Origin: Myxococcales bacterium | Lineage (GTDB): Bacteria; Myxococcota_A; Polyangia; Polyangiales; Polyangiaceae | Length of the DNA: 64,000 nucleotides | NCBI GenBank assembly: GCA_043747615.1 | Contig: JAYTOU010000029.1 | Location: 1-64,000 of the forward strand | Reading direction: 5' to 3' | Shown: piece by piece, positions 30,304-39,752 of the stretch | How positions within the stretch are numbered: the stretch's first letter is position 1 | Layout of the letters: every line of letters starts with the position of its first letter | Notes under the pieces: model-generated | Database searches by the model: none | What the model was told of the DNA's origin: nothing | What the model saw: the letters and a program-made list of their open reading frames with translations, nothing else | Position numbers and translations under genes: made by a program

Positions 30304-31556
30304 CGAAGCGCGGGCTCAACGTCTTCTTCGTCGTGGCGTTCGTGGTGGCGGCCGTCCTCCGCCTCACGTGGACCGAAGACATGGAATACAAGGGCGACGA
30401 GCGCTTCATGTTCGGTCAGTCGCAGGTCATCGGCGTCACCGAGCCGTGGCCGGAGCTCGGCATGCCGTCGGGCGTAGGCCTGAGAAATCCTGGCATGAGC
30501 ATCTGGATCTTCGCGGTCCTCGCCAAGGTGGTTGGTGCGAAGACGCCCCTCGCCCTCGACCAGGCCATCATCTTCATGAACATCGGCGCCTTCGCGCTCC
30601 TCATTCTCTTCGCGTACCGCATCGTCCCAGCGAAGGAGCGCGAGGCTTGGCTGTGGGCCGGTGCGCTCGCCGCGGTCAGTCCACTCGCTGTCCTCCTTCA
30701 ACGAAAAATATGGGCGCAATCGGTCCTCCCGATCTTCTGTGTCCTCTTTTTGATCGGGTGGTTTCGACGCGATCGCTACTGGGGAGCGATCCTCTGGGGG
30801 ATCATTGGAGCGGTCCTCGGCCAGATCCACATGAGCGGTTTCTTCTTCGCGGCAGGCTTCGTGCTCTTCGCCGCCGTGCTCGGGCAGGGCCGTCCGGTGA
30901 GGGCGCGCTGGCTCGGATGGTTGGCAGGCTCGGCCCTCGGCGCGATCACGCTGCTCCCCTGGATTCGCTACGTGCTGACGAATCAGGAGCATGGCCCTCC
31001 CTTCAGCTGGAGCACCGTTCTCACATTTCGTTTCTTTCGTTACTGGCTCTCCGACGCGCTCGGCCTGGGCCTCGACTACAGCCTCGGCGGGCGCTACCTG
31101 GATTTCTTGCGGTATCCGCTTCTCTTCACGAGCAAAGATTTCTATCCCGCCCTCTATTTGCACGGCGTTGCCATGGCGGTCGGCGCGCTCATCCTCATCG
31201 CCACGTTGATCCACGGGCTTCGATTCGCGTCGTCACCGCGATCTGCGTGGCGCAGCTTCCGCGCGTGCTCCGAGACGACTTTCACTCTCTTTGCAGCGTT
31301 CTTCGGGTACGGATTGCTCCTCACGTTCGCGGGCGTCCTCGTTTGGCGTCACTACATGCTCGTGACGTTCCCGCTCGAGTGGCTGTCGTTTTCATTCCTC
31401 GCCCTTGCGTACGTGCGCCGCCCCCGCCGCGCGCTCTTCGTCCTGTGGGTCACGCAGCTCGCGCTCTCGATCACGTTTCTTGGCTACATTCACGACAACC
31501 ACGGCGCACCGGACGGCGACTACGGCCCAACCTACAAATCGCAGGGCGGTCGCTAG
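30300..31556 (+). CDS. Polytopic membrane protein, ArnT-like GT-C glycosyltransferase
   Basis: EYKGDE after TM1, RKIWAQ and QIHMS motifs; GTGA overlap with the upstream gene. Confidence 0.78.
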   Translation: MTKRGLNVFFVVAFVVAAVLRLTWTEDMEYKGDERFMFGQSQVIGVTEPWPELGMPSGVGLRNPGMSIWIFAVLAKVVGAKTPLALDQAIIFMNIGAFALLILFAYRIVPAKEREAWLWAGALAAVSPLAVLLQRKIWAQSVLPIFCVLFLIGWFRRDRYWGAILWGIIGAVLGQIHMSGFFFAAGFVLFAAVLGQGRPVRARWLGWLAGSALGAITLLPWIRYVLTNQEHGPPFSWSTVLTFRFFRYWLSDALGLGLDYSLGGRYLDFLRYPLLFTSKDFYPALYLHGVAMAVGALILIATLIHGLRFASSPRSAWRSFRACSETTFTLFAAFFGYGLLLTFAGVLVWRHYMLVTFPLEWLSFSFLALAYVRRPRRALFVLWVTQLALSITFLGYIHDNHGAPDGDYGPTYKSQGGR

Positions 31557-33280
31557 CGGACGTTGGGCGGCGCGCCGTCGCCTTTTTCCTGCCAGTCGCC
31601 CTTCTTTCGCCAGAGCTCCCAGCTGCCCTCTTTGCGGATGCGGACGGCGTGCAGTTTTGCCTCCTCCAGCTGCTTCTCGGTCGGTTCCCATCCGTGCACG
31701 AGCACGAGCTCATGGTAGCTCCAGAGATCGCTCCAGCTCGCCCAGTCCGGCCCGTGGTACGTGATGCGGTGCGGATCGACTCCCGCCTTGTAACGGATGG
31801 AGCTAGTCGACACGATCGCGGGGTTGTCCGGCACCTGGCCAAATCTGTCGGCCATGTAGAACTTCTCGACGTGCCAGTTCGGCTTCCAGGTGAAGACCTT
31901 GCTGAAGTCGGTCGACACCTTCACGTAGTGCATGCGCTGACGGTACGGCGTCTGATCGAGGACGTACTCGATCCCGTTCGCTTCGGTCTTCTCGAACGTG
32001 ACCATGTGGTCGTGCCACGCTCTGAGATAATCCCGCGTGCAGTAGAGGATCCCGGCGATGACGATCCAACGCGCAAGCCGCGACACGGACGCAGGTACCG
32101 GTGAAACCATCGCGCCAACGAACCATAGAGCGACGCCAATCTGCCGCGACCCGACGACGGGATTGCTGTCGATGGCCTCCGGCATGAAGAAGTACGAGGC
32201 GATGGTGAGCGCGAACGCCATTTCCATCACGACGGGGCGACGCCACTTGTGGAGGCGCGAGAAGCAGACCGCCACCATCATGAGGATGCCGATTTTGTAG
32301 ACGAGGATGAGATCGGTCTCGTCGACGAAGACCTTGAGCGCGTAATTCCATAGGTCCGTGAAGAGGGCAGCGGGCGTCTTGAAGGCGGCGCCGAAGTGGT
32401 TGTCGAAACCCGAGGTCAAGGTCTGCACCGAGCCCTCTGCTTTTCCCGTCCCGAACGACCACTGGTACCAGCGATAGAAAAGAAGCATCGCCGGAATGAC
32501 CGAGACCAGCGCCGCGCCCGCCACCTTTAAGCCGGCGCGCAATCGTTCCTTGATCGAAAGCCCGCGCGTCACGAGCGCGAGCACGAAGAACGCGAAGGTG
32601 AGCGTGAATGAGAGCACGCCGACCCACAGAAACGCGTGGGCGTGCGAGAGGAAGACCGCCACCAAGAGGAGCGCCGAGGCCACGATGCGTTTCCACGTCG
32701 GGGCGATTAGCGTGCGGTAAAAGACCGGCATGGTCAGCACCATGAACGGGGCGGCGAAGAGCAGGTTCGCAAAGCCGCCGACGAAGTTCATGTTGTAGGC
32801 GAGCGGCACCGTGAGCACGGCACCCCACGGGGAACGGCCGAATACCCGGAGAGCGTAGAGATTAGCGAGCGGCACGCCGGCCAGGTAAAACGTCATCCCG
32901 AGGCGCACGGCATTGCTCACTCCGATCATCTTCCCGAGGTAGCCGGCGAAGGAGTAGAGGAGCGAGTTGGCGTTGAGCGGGTCGGGTCTCTCGTAAAGCG
33001 CAGGGTAGAGCGAGCCGGGCCGCCCGTAGTCGGCGACTACCGCGCTCAGGCCGACGTGATGCCCGAGGTCCTGCATCGGCTGGAATTTCCAATGCCAGAA
33101 CATCCACAGGCTGTAGGTGAGGGCGACTCCGAGCGTGATGAGCGGGACCAGGCCAAGCGGCTCTGCGTCCTCGTCGTCGTTGGGATCGATCCTCGCGAGC
33201 GCCTTCGCCGATACGGAGCGTGCCATCGCTATGGTTGCGACGACGACGGCGAGCGGACTCAGCTTGGCGTCGGCAGACAC
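31553..33280 (-). CDS. Polytopic membrane protein, putative GT-C glycosyltransferase
   Basis: QPMQDLGHH motif, YNMNFVGGF and FLSHAH; paralogue of 19854..21374. Confidence 0.75.
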   Translation of the reverse strand: MSADAKLSPLAVVVATIAMARSVSAKALARIDPNDDEDAEPLGLVPLITLGVALTYSLWMFWHWKFQPMQDLGHHVGLSAVVADYGRPGSLYPALYERPDPLNANSLLYSFAGYLGKMIGVSNAVRLGMTFYLAGVPLANLYALRVFGRSPWGAVLTVPLAYNMNFVGGFANLLFAAPFMVLTMPVFYRTLIAPTWKRIVASALLLVAVFLSHAHAFLWVGVLSFTLTFAFFVLALVTRGLSIKERLRAGLKVAGAALVSVIPAMLLFYRWYQWSFGTGKAEGSVQTLTSGFDNHFGAAFKTPAALFTDLWNYALKVFVDETDLILVYKIGILMMVAVCFSRLHKWRRPVVMEMAFALTIASYFFMPEAIDSNPVVGSRQIGVALWFVGAMVSPVPASVSRLARWIVIAGILYCTRDYLRAWHDHMVTFEKTEANGIEYVLDQTPYRQRMHYVKVSTDFSKVFTWKPNWHVEKFYMADRFGQVPDNPAIVSTSSIRYKAGVDPHRITYHGPDWASWSDLWSYHELVLVHGWEPTEKQLEEAKLHAVRIRKEGSWELWRKKGDWQEKGDGAPPNVR

Positions 33281-33327
33281 GCCGGACTACGTAACATACG
33301 ACCTCGAAGTTTGCCGAATGTGGAGCA

Positions 33328-34410
33328 TCATTTGCCGAGCTTCGTTTTGCCCCTCCGCGCGCTCGGGACCTCTGCGTCGCGCGTGCTGAAAAACTCCGAG
33401 ATCTTCGGCCACAGCGACTTCACGGCACCGCGGGCGACGACCGCCCCTACGTGTCCACCGGGGAGATGCAGCGGCACTTTGTCGACCGCGCCGACGAGCT
33501 CGAGGAGCGCCGTCGCGCACGGGGCCGGCACGATGGCATCGTGCTCGAAGGTGATGGCCATCGTCGGGCACACGATGCGCCCGAGCTGCGCCTTTTCCCC
33601 CGATAGCCGAAACGTGCCGCTGACGAGGGCGTCCTTGCGATACAGCTCCTCGATGTACCGCCGATAAAATTCGCCAGGGAACGACACGTTGTCGCTTCCC
33701 CACTTCTCGACGGCGAGAAAGCTGTTCAAGAATTCATCGTCGTAGGCACGATCCGCGAGCCCGACCGCCTTGGCGAGAGGCAGGGTCGGCCTCAGCATGC
33801 TGAAGGCGGCTTCCATCAGCTGCCACGGCACGTTGCCGCATGCGCGCACGAGGACGTCGACGTCGAAGGTGGCCGTTCGCGTCCAGTCGCCGAGGACCCC
33901 TGCCTCCGAGAAGCGGATCGGAGCTGCGAGCGCCACCAAGCTCGCCACGTGCGCCGGTCGGGCCGCAGCGTGAATCGCCGCCATCGTGCCTCCGAGGCAA
34001 TAGCCGAGTACGTGCGTTTTGTTGCGTTGCGACGAACGAGCAGCATGGCGCACCGCGCGTCCGACGTAACCGTCGCAGACGTCGTCGAACGTGAGGTAAC
34101 GGTCTTCCGGTCCGGGCGTGCCCCAGTCGATGGTGTAGACGTCGTGCCCTTTGCCGACGAGGTACTCGGTGAAGCTCCGCCCCGGCAGAAGATCCAGAAC
34201 GTAATGGCGATTGATGAGTGACGGGATGAGAAGCACCGGAGTTTCGAAGGCGATTCCCTCGGGGCGCGCGCGGTAGCGAAGGAGCTTCCACTTGTTCTCC
34301 GTGTGCACCACGTCGGCCGGCGTGGCTCCGACGTTTGCCTTTGGTCGCGCCCAGAGCGTCGATAGATTCAGCGCGCGTTTTCTCGCGCGATCGCCCGGCA
34401 TCGTCGTCAC
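33328..34410 (-). CDS. phaC: PHA synthase catalytic subunit, class III type
   Basis: [24 protein letters not shown], lipase box GYCLGG, HDAIVP and GGHVG (Cys-Asp-His triad); 360 aa. Confidence 0.92.
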   Translation of the reverse strand: MTTMPGDRARKRALNLSTLWARPKANVGATPADVVHTENKWKLLRYRARPEGIAFETPVLLIPSLINRHYVLDLLPGRSFTEYLVGKGHDVYTIDWGTPGPEDRYLTFDDVCDGYVGRAVRHAARSSQRNKTHVLGYCLGGTMAAIHAAARPAHVASLVALAAPIRFSEAGVLGDWTRTATFDVDVLVRACGNVPWQLMEAAFSMLRPTLPLAKAVGLADRAYDDEFLNSFLAVEKWGSDNVSFPGEFYRRYIEELYRKDALVSGTFRLSGEKAQLGRIVCPTMAITFEHDAIVPAPCATALLELVGAVDKVPLHLPGGHVGAVVARGAVKSLWPKISEFFSTRDAEVPSARRGKTKLGK

Positions 34411-36122
34411 GGAGCGGCCCCGACGCGCGTATCGCCTTCGCGGTAAAGTGCTTCGAATCTAGGGCCAAACGCTTCATAGACCTTCTTGCGCCGCACCTTG
34501 AGCGACGAGGTGAGGAGGCCCGCTTCGACGCTGAGTGGCGTGTCGATGACCACGAATTTCTTGATCGTCTCGTAGCTCGGGAGCTGCCCATTGACCGCGT
34601 CGACGCTTTGCTGAATGAGTGCCTTCGTCTCTTCGGTCAAGACTTTACCTTCGTGCAGCCACACGCCGGCCACGAGGTAGCGCTGCGCTTCTCCGTACAC
34701 CACGACGTGGGCAATGAGCTGATCGTCGCGGAAGCGAAGCTCGATGTTCGCAGGAGGAACGTTCTTGCCGCCCGCCGTCACGAGGATGTCCTTCTTGCGA
34801 TCGATGATCTGGAGAAAGCCGTCGTCCGTGAAGCGGCCCACGTCTCCCGTCTTGAACCAGCCGTCGTCGGTGAACGCTTCGCGCGTGGCGTCCGGGTCTT
34901 TGTGGTAGCCGGCGAAGACGCTCGGACCTTTGGCTAGGATTTCTCCGTCCTCCGCGAGCTTGAGCTCGACCGACGGAAACGGCTTTCCCACCGTGTCGAA
35001 GCGGTACGCATCAGGACGATTGAGGGTCAGCGTCGGCGAACATTCGGTGAGGCCGTAGCCTTCGATGATGAGCACTCCCGCTTCGTGAAAGAGCTCTTTC
35101 ACCTCGCGTTTGAGCCCCGCGCCACCGGAGAGACAGAACTTCAAGCGTCCGCCGGTGACCTCGGGAATCTTCGTGGCCGCGCCTTCCGCTCCGCCTTGCG
35201 CGGCCAAGATGGCGATCTTCTCCCAGTGCGAAGGCACGCTCATGAAGACCGTGGGGCGCACCTCGGAGAGGCGCGTGAGGACGGTTGCCGGATCGCAAAG
35301 GTATGTGGTGAAGCCAAGCGTGTTGCCGAGACACATCTCTCCGAGGCCGAAAATATGGCTCATCGGAAGCCACAGCAGATCTACCTCTTCGTCGTTCGTG
35401 AGGAGGGAAGCGTTGCTCTCGTGCCAGTCGCGTCCGTTCACCCCCACGTTGCGGTGCGTGAGGGGAACACCCTTCGGATTTCCCGAAGTGCCGCTCGTGT
35501 AGAGCATGAGGCCCGGAGCCTCGAGCGAGATTGCGTCCATCGTCCGCATGAAAGCCGCCGGGTCCTTCGCGTGTCGGTCTTCTCCTCGGGCAACTGCAGC
35601 CTCCCAGGAGACGAATTTTGCCTGCGCATCGGCGAGGCTCGGAACGGTCTTGCCCTTGGATTTAGCGGATTCTAGAGCCTTCGCCACGTCGAGTCGCGGG
35701 TCGAGGCCGACCACGTGCTCGACACACGCAAGCTCGCTCCACACGCAGAGCACTCGCTCGAGGAGCGCCGGGGTGTCGACGAAGAGGACGCGCGCGTCGG
35801 CGTGACTGGCGATGTACGCAAGCTGCTCTGCGGTGCTTGCAGGATACACGGGAACCATCACCCCGCCCGCGGCTTGAATGGCGAGCGCCGCCGAAGCCCA
35901 CTCCACGCGGTTCGGAGCGAAGAGCGCCGCGCGTTCTCCAGGCGCAAACCCCACGTCGCTCAAAAAGAGAGCGATCGCCCTGATTTGAGCGGCAAATGCC
36001 CCCCAGGTGACGGGGCGCCAACCGGTCCCGTCAGGGATTTGAAAACGCGGTTTGTCTTTTCGGGACTCGAGGCCATCGAATACCGCGCGCGGTGCAATGA
36101 TCAATTCAAGGGGGGCGGCCAT
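34407..36122 (-). CDS. Long-chain acyl-CoA ligase (AMP-forming)
   Basis: [25 protein letters not shown] and DRKKD..GGKNV motifs. Confidence 0.94.
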   Translation of the reverse strand: MAAPLELIIAPRAVFDGLESRKDKPRFQIPDGTGWRPVTWGAFAAQIRAIALFLSDVGFAPGERAALFAPNRVEWASAALAIQAAGGVMVPVYPASTAEQLAYIASHADARVLFVDTPALLERVLCVWSELACVEHVVGLDPRLDVAKALESAKSKGKTVPSLADAQAKFVSWEAAVARGEDRHAKDPAAFMRTMDAISLEAPGLMLYTSGTSGNPKGVPLTHRNVGVNGRDWHESNASLLTNDEEVDLLWLPMSHIFGLGEMCLGNTLGFTTYLCDPATVLTRLSEVRPTVFMSVPSHWEKIAILAAQGGAEGAATKIPEVTGGRLKFCLSGGAGLKREVKELFHEAGVLIIEGYGLTECSPTLTLNRPDAYRFDTVGKPFPSVELKLAEDGEILAKGPSVFAGYHKDPDATREAFTDDGWFKTGDVGRFTDDGFLQIIDRKKDILVTAGGKNVPPANIELRFRDDQLIAHVVVYGEAQRYLVAGVWLHEGKVLTEETKALIQQSVDAVNGQLPSYETIKKFVVIDTPLSVEAGLLTSSLKVRRKKVYEAFGPRFEALYREGDTRVGAAP

Positions 36123-36124
36123 GG

Positions 36125-36406
36125 CTACTTACCTTCTCGCGAGAGGCGTTCATCGAGATCCATCAGGCGGCTCTCGAGCTTGTTGAGGGTGTGGAGCGCG
36201 CGCTCCTGATCGCGCTTGGTGGGGAGTCCCAGCATCGACCACCACCGATCGGTGACGTTGTCCTTGGCGAGCTTCACCTTCATCACCTTGGAGAGAAGAG
36301 CGCCCGATGATCCGAGGATGACGGGACTCTTCATCACCGTCTCGATCTGCTTCGCCGTCGCGCTCTCCCACGCGTCGAAGCCCTTCTTCCATGTATCCCA
36401 GAGCAT
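36125..36406 (-). CDS. phaE: Short PhaE-like PHA synthase partner subunit
   Basis: [19 protein letters not shown] resembles the PhaE/class IV PhaR C-terminal motif and coiled coil; lies in the phaC operon. Confidence 0.65.
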   Translation of the reverse strand: MLWDTWKKGFDAWESATAKQIETVMKSPVILGSSGALLSKVMKVKLAKDNVTDRWWSMLGLPTKRDQERALHTLNKLESRLMDLDERLSREGK

Positions 36407-36422
36407 CGAAGCCTCCCCTGAT

Positions 36423-37316
36423 CTAGCGAGCCGCAGTCAAGCGGCGCACTTCCGAAGCGATGGTGAAATTGTCGTTCGGCTCGTTGTCTTTGCTCGTGGC
36501 GCGCATGACCTCGCCGAAGCACTCGAAGAGAAACGACACTTGTTTGCGCGAGGTTTTGGCTCCCGCCGCCGGCTCGACGGTGACCGACGTACGCACGCGG
36601 AGCGCCTGCGTGAACGTGAACTCAGGAAGGGTGAGCGTGCCAGCGCCATCCACTTTTACGTCGTAGGTGTCTTTCCCCGCATAAGGGAGACCGCGCACCG
36701 TGGCGTTCGTCGTCTGGCCGATCGAGGTGTAGGTCAGCCCGGGGGTGAGCGGAAATTGAAAGAGGACGACGGGCGCTGCGTAGATGAGGAGCGTCTTTCC
36801 CTCGGGAGGATTCTCCGTCGGCGACGCAAGCCCGAGGAGACGGATCGACGATGCGTCGTTCGCGTAAACCGCGTCGACCCGGCCGCCCGCATCGAAGGGC
36901 GCCGTGAACTTCGCTCCAGGGAAGGACCCTGCGTACCACTTGCTGGTGACGGGAACGGCCATGATGGTGGCGATCTGATCCGACGCGACGTCGCTCGCCT
37001 CGTCCCACACGAACCGCCCCTGAGCGTCGACTTTGCCTTCTACGTTCACGGGGCGATCTTGCCCCGCGGGCGAGACGAGGAGGTGCTCCGCCACGCCAAG
37101 CGCCGGCAGGAGCTCGTTGGCATCGATCTTCCCATCGAGATTCGGAATGCACGAAAGAGGCGCCGGCGGACCGGCGTCGTAGTCCGCATGGAACGGAGGC
37201 GCGGGCTGGCGATCATCGCACGCTACGGCGGCGCACAAACTCGAGAGCAAAACGAGATGTCGGAGCGGTCGCAGATAGACCTTTACTGCGCTCCCACGGA
37301 TTTCAATTTGGTTCAT
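36423..37316 (-). CDS. Lipoprotein of unknown function (paralogue A)
   Basis: Lipobox AVAC; CIPNLDGKIDANE loop; beta-rich; ends FECFGEV..EVRRL. Confidence 0.8.
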   Translation of the reverse strand: MNQIEIRGSAVKVYLRPLRHLVLLSSLCAAVACDDRQPAPPFHADYDAGPPAPLSCIPNLDGKIDANELLPALGVAEHLLVSPAGQDRPVNVEGKVDAQGRFVWDEASDVASDQIATIMAVPVTSKWYAGSFPGAKFTAPFDAGGRVDAVYANDASSIRLLGLASPTENPPEGKTLLIYAAPVVLFQFPLTPGLTYTSIGQTTNATVRGLPYAGKDTYDVKVDGAGTLTLPEFTFTQALRVRTSVTVEPAAGAKTSRKQVSFLFECFGEVMRATSKDNEPNDNFTIASEVRRLTAAR

Positions 37317-37329
37317 GGTCGCTTCGTTC

Positions 37330-38838
37330 TCAAAAGACGTACGCGAGACGCAGTCGGAGGAGCTGCGCAGGTTTGGCGGCAAGGTGAAGCTCGGGGTTGT
37401 CGAAGCCGCCGAGGGGAAAAAGAATCGCGTGCTCGAGGGCGACGTGAAAGCCATCTCGCGACTCCCACGAAAGGGTGGGATCGACTTCGATGCCGAGCGG
37501 CTTCTGTCCCCCGGGCGTGGAAGACGCGTAAATAGCCGATGATGCGATGGCGGCGATCGAGGCCGTGATCGCTCCCGAGGCCGCGCGACCGATACGAAGC
37601 TTCACGTGCGGCTTCACGTAGAGGGCGTCGGTCACCGACCCGATGATCTCGCGAAAGAGGATTCGGTCGATGCGGTAGTCGGGATGGAAGCGAAAATTGT
37701 TGACGGTGTTGTGGAAGGGAGGGCTGGGCCGATCGCGATCGCCGCTGGCGTAGCCGCCGTCGATCCCGAAGCCGAACGCGTCCTCCACCCGCCCGACGTC
37801 GGTCTCGAGCGCGGCGCCGACCTGACTCGAGGTGACCGGATTTTTCAGTAGCACGCCGGGCAGGAGCGATGCCTGATCGACCGCGGCCGTGAGGTACACG
37901 GCCTCCGCCTCGATGCGAAACATGGGGCTGCTGAAGCGTGCCCAGCCATCGACCGCGGTGGCGTGAAAACCGCGGGACATGACCTGCGCCGAGGTGATCG
38001 GGATCGGTTGGGCGAGCGGAAGGTACGCCGCGGGCACGTCGTTTTTTTGCCAGCGATGGGCGAGGTAGCTCCCGTACTCGAACGTGCTTTTACCCGCTTT
38101 CTTCCGGCGCGCGCGCGCAGCATCGTCACGAAAATTCAGAAAGGCGAAGGTCACGCTGCGAACATCGGTGGTCGGCTCGAAGCCCACGGCGCGCCCCTGA
38201 ATGCCGCGCGCCGCCGTTGGTCCAGTGGCGCTGAAATCATACGCTGCCGCCAGGATATGCCCGGCGATCGGCGCAAGAAATCCGATCCGGTCGGCCGCAT
38301 CTCCGCTGTCGCAGTCGAGGCAGTCCCCACCGTGGGTGAGAATGCCGAGGCCCCAGTGACTTCCCATGCGCCCTGCGGCAAGAAGCCCAAAGGGCAGGAG
38401 CGCTTCGCCGTACGCCCGCTTGACTCGAAGAGCGTCGTTTGCAGGCTTTTGAGTCGTCGACGCGCTTGGGATTCCGTCCGGCACGCTGCCGAGACCGAGG
38501 TTGTCGAGGACGTCGATCCGCGCTTTCACCGCTACCATTCCGCCCGGCGCGTACACTGCGATGTCCGTTCGCAGGCGCATGTCCCAGTAGGTGAGGGTCT
38601 TCGCGGTGGGATCCGACTTGGAGACTGGAAATAGCGTCGCCCCCGAAGGCGTCGGCCCACGATCGAGATCCAGATTGTAGAGCGCTTCGCCGCGCGTGCG
38701 CAGGTAGCCGTCGAGCTTGATTTCGGGCTTCTCACGCGGGGTGATGTCGTTTCCAACATCGGTGAAACCGGTGGCCTCTGCGCGACCCGCGAACAAGATC
38801 ACGGCGAGCGCACTCGCGCGCGCATTCCACGCTCTCAC
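37330..38838 (-). CDS. Outer-membrane beta-barrel, TIGR04551-like (alginate-export-porin-like)
   Basis: Signal peptide (AEA), VKRAYGE, GRMGSHWGLG, DCLDCD, NFRFHPDYRIDRILFREIIG; ends LAYVF. Confidence 0.8.
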   Translation of the reverse strand: MRAWNARASALAVILFAGRAEATGFTDVGNDITPREKPEIKLDGYLRTRGEALYNLDLDRGPTPSGATLFPVSKSDPTAKTLTYWDMRLRTDIAVYAPGGMVAVKARIDVLDNLGLGSVPDGIPSASTTQKPANDALRVKRAYGEALLPFGLLAAGRMGSHWGLGILTHGGDCLDCDSGDAADRIGFLAPIAGHILAAAYDFSATGPTAARGIQGRAVGFEPTTDVRSVTFAFLNFRDDAARARRKKAGKSTFEYGSYLAHRWQKNDVPAAYLPLAQPIPITSAQVMSRGFHATAVDGWARFSSPMFRIEAEAVYLTAAVDQASLLPGVLLKNPVTSSQVGAALETDVGRVEDAFGFGIDGGYASGDRDRPSPPFHNTVNNFRFHPDYRIDRILFREIIGSVTDALYVKPHVKLRIGRAASGAITASIAAIASSAIYASSTPGGQKPLGIEVDPTLSWESRDGFHVALEHAILFPLGGFDNPELHLAAKPAQLLRLRLAYVF

Positions 38839-39752
38839 GGCGCGTCCTCGCCTGCTAGGAACGCGACGAGATCGCGGTTGGACGCAGCGGCCGCCTCGAT
38901 CATCGGGAAATGCCCGCATCGCGGATAGACCACGAGCTTCGAGCTCGGAAGATCACGCGACAAGCGCTCACCGAAGGACGACGTGGTCACGATGTCCTCG
39001 CGCCCCCAGAGAAGAAGGGTGGGCTGGGTAATCGTGCGGTACCGCTCCTGAACTGCGGCGTAGTTCTGCCCGCGGACGGCGGCGAGAGCGGCGGCGACCG
39101 TGCCGGGCCGATCCATGGCGTCTTCCACCGACTGCACCAGATTCTCGGTGACGTAGCTCTTGTCGAAGAAGGCGAGGGCCATCTTCTCGTCGGCGCGCTC
39201 TTTGTAATAAAGACCGAAGAGCATTTCGCCCACGCCATGCGAGCGCGACCAGTGGAAGAACGGAGGGAGCTGCTCCTCGTAAACCCACGCGTCGTACAGC
39301 GCGAGACGTGAGATTTGCTGCGGCGCAGCAAGGGTGGCCGCCAGGGCAACCGACGCTCCCCACGAATGCGCGACGATGGCCGCGCGATCGATGCCGCGCT
39401 GATCCATCAAATGGAGAATGAGCTGGGCCTGAGCTTCGGGCGAGTAGTCCCCCTCCGGGCGGTCGGTCCAACCAAAGCCCTTCAGATCAAGCGCGATCAC
39501 GCGATGCTTGGCGCTGAGGGCGGGGATGACGCTGGCCCACGTTTCGAGCGACGAAGCAAACCCGTGAACGAGGACGACGGCCGGACCTTGGCCTACGTCG
39601 ACGTAACGAACGCGCGCGCCGTCGACCGTTGCGAAGGTGGCGTTCTTCGGCTCACCCGGCATCGGCCCGCTGTGAAACCCCATGCACCCACCAACGAAGG
39701 GAAAGAACATCGCCACCATCATCCAGGAGAGGCCGTGATTTTTTGAGGTCAT
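38835..39752 (-). CDS. Exported alpha/beta-hydrolase (lipoprotein)
   Basis: Lipobox VGGC; VHGF oxyanion motif, AHSWG nucleophile, GRED and CGHFP. Confidence 0.9.
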   Translation of the reverse strand: MTSKNHGLSWMMVAMFFPFVGGCMGFHSGPMPGEPKNATFATVDGARVRYVDVGQGPAVVLVHGFASSLETWASVIPALSAKHRVIALDLKGFGWTDRPEGDYSPEAQAQLILHLMDQRGIDRAAIVAHSWGASVALAATLAAPQQISRLALYDAWVYEEQLPPFFHWSRSHGVGEMLFGLYYKERADEKMALAFFDKSYVTENLVQSVEDAMDRPGTVAAALAAVRGQNYAAVQERYRTITQPTLLLWGREDIVTTSSFGERLSRDLPSSKLVVYPRCGHFPMIEAAAASNRDLVAFLAGEDAP

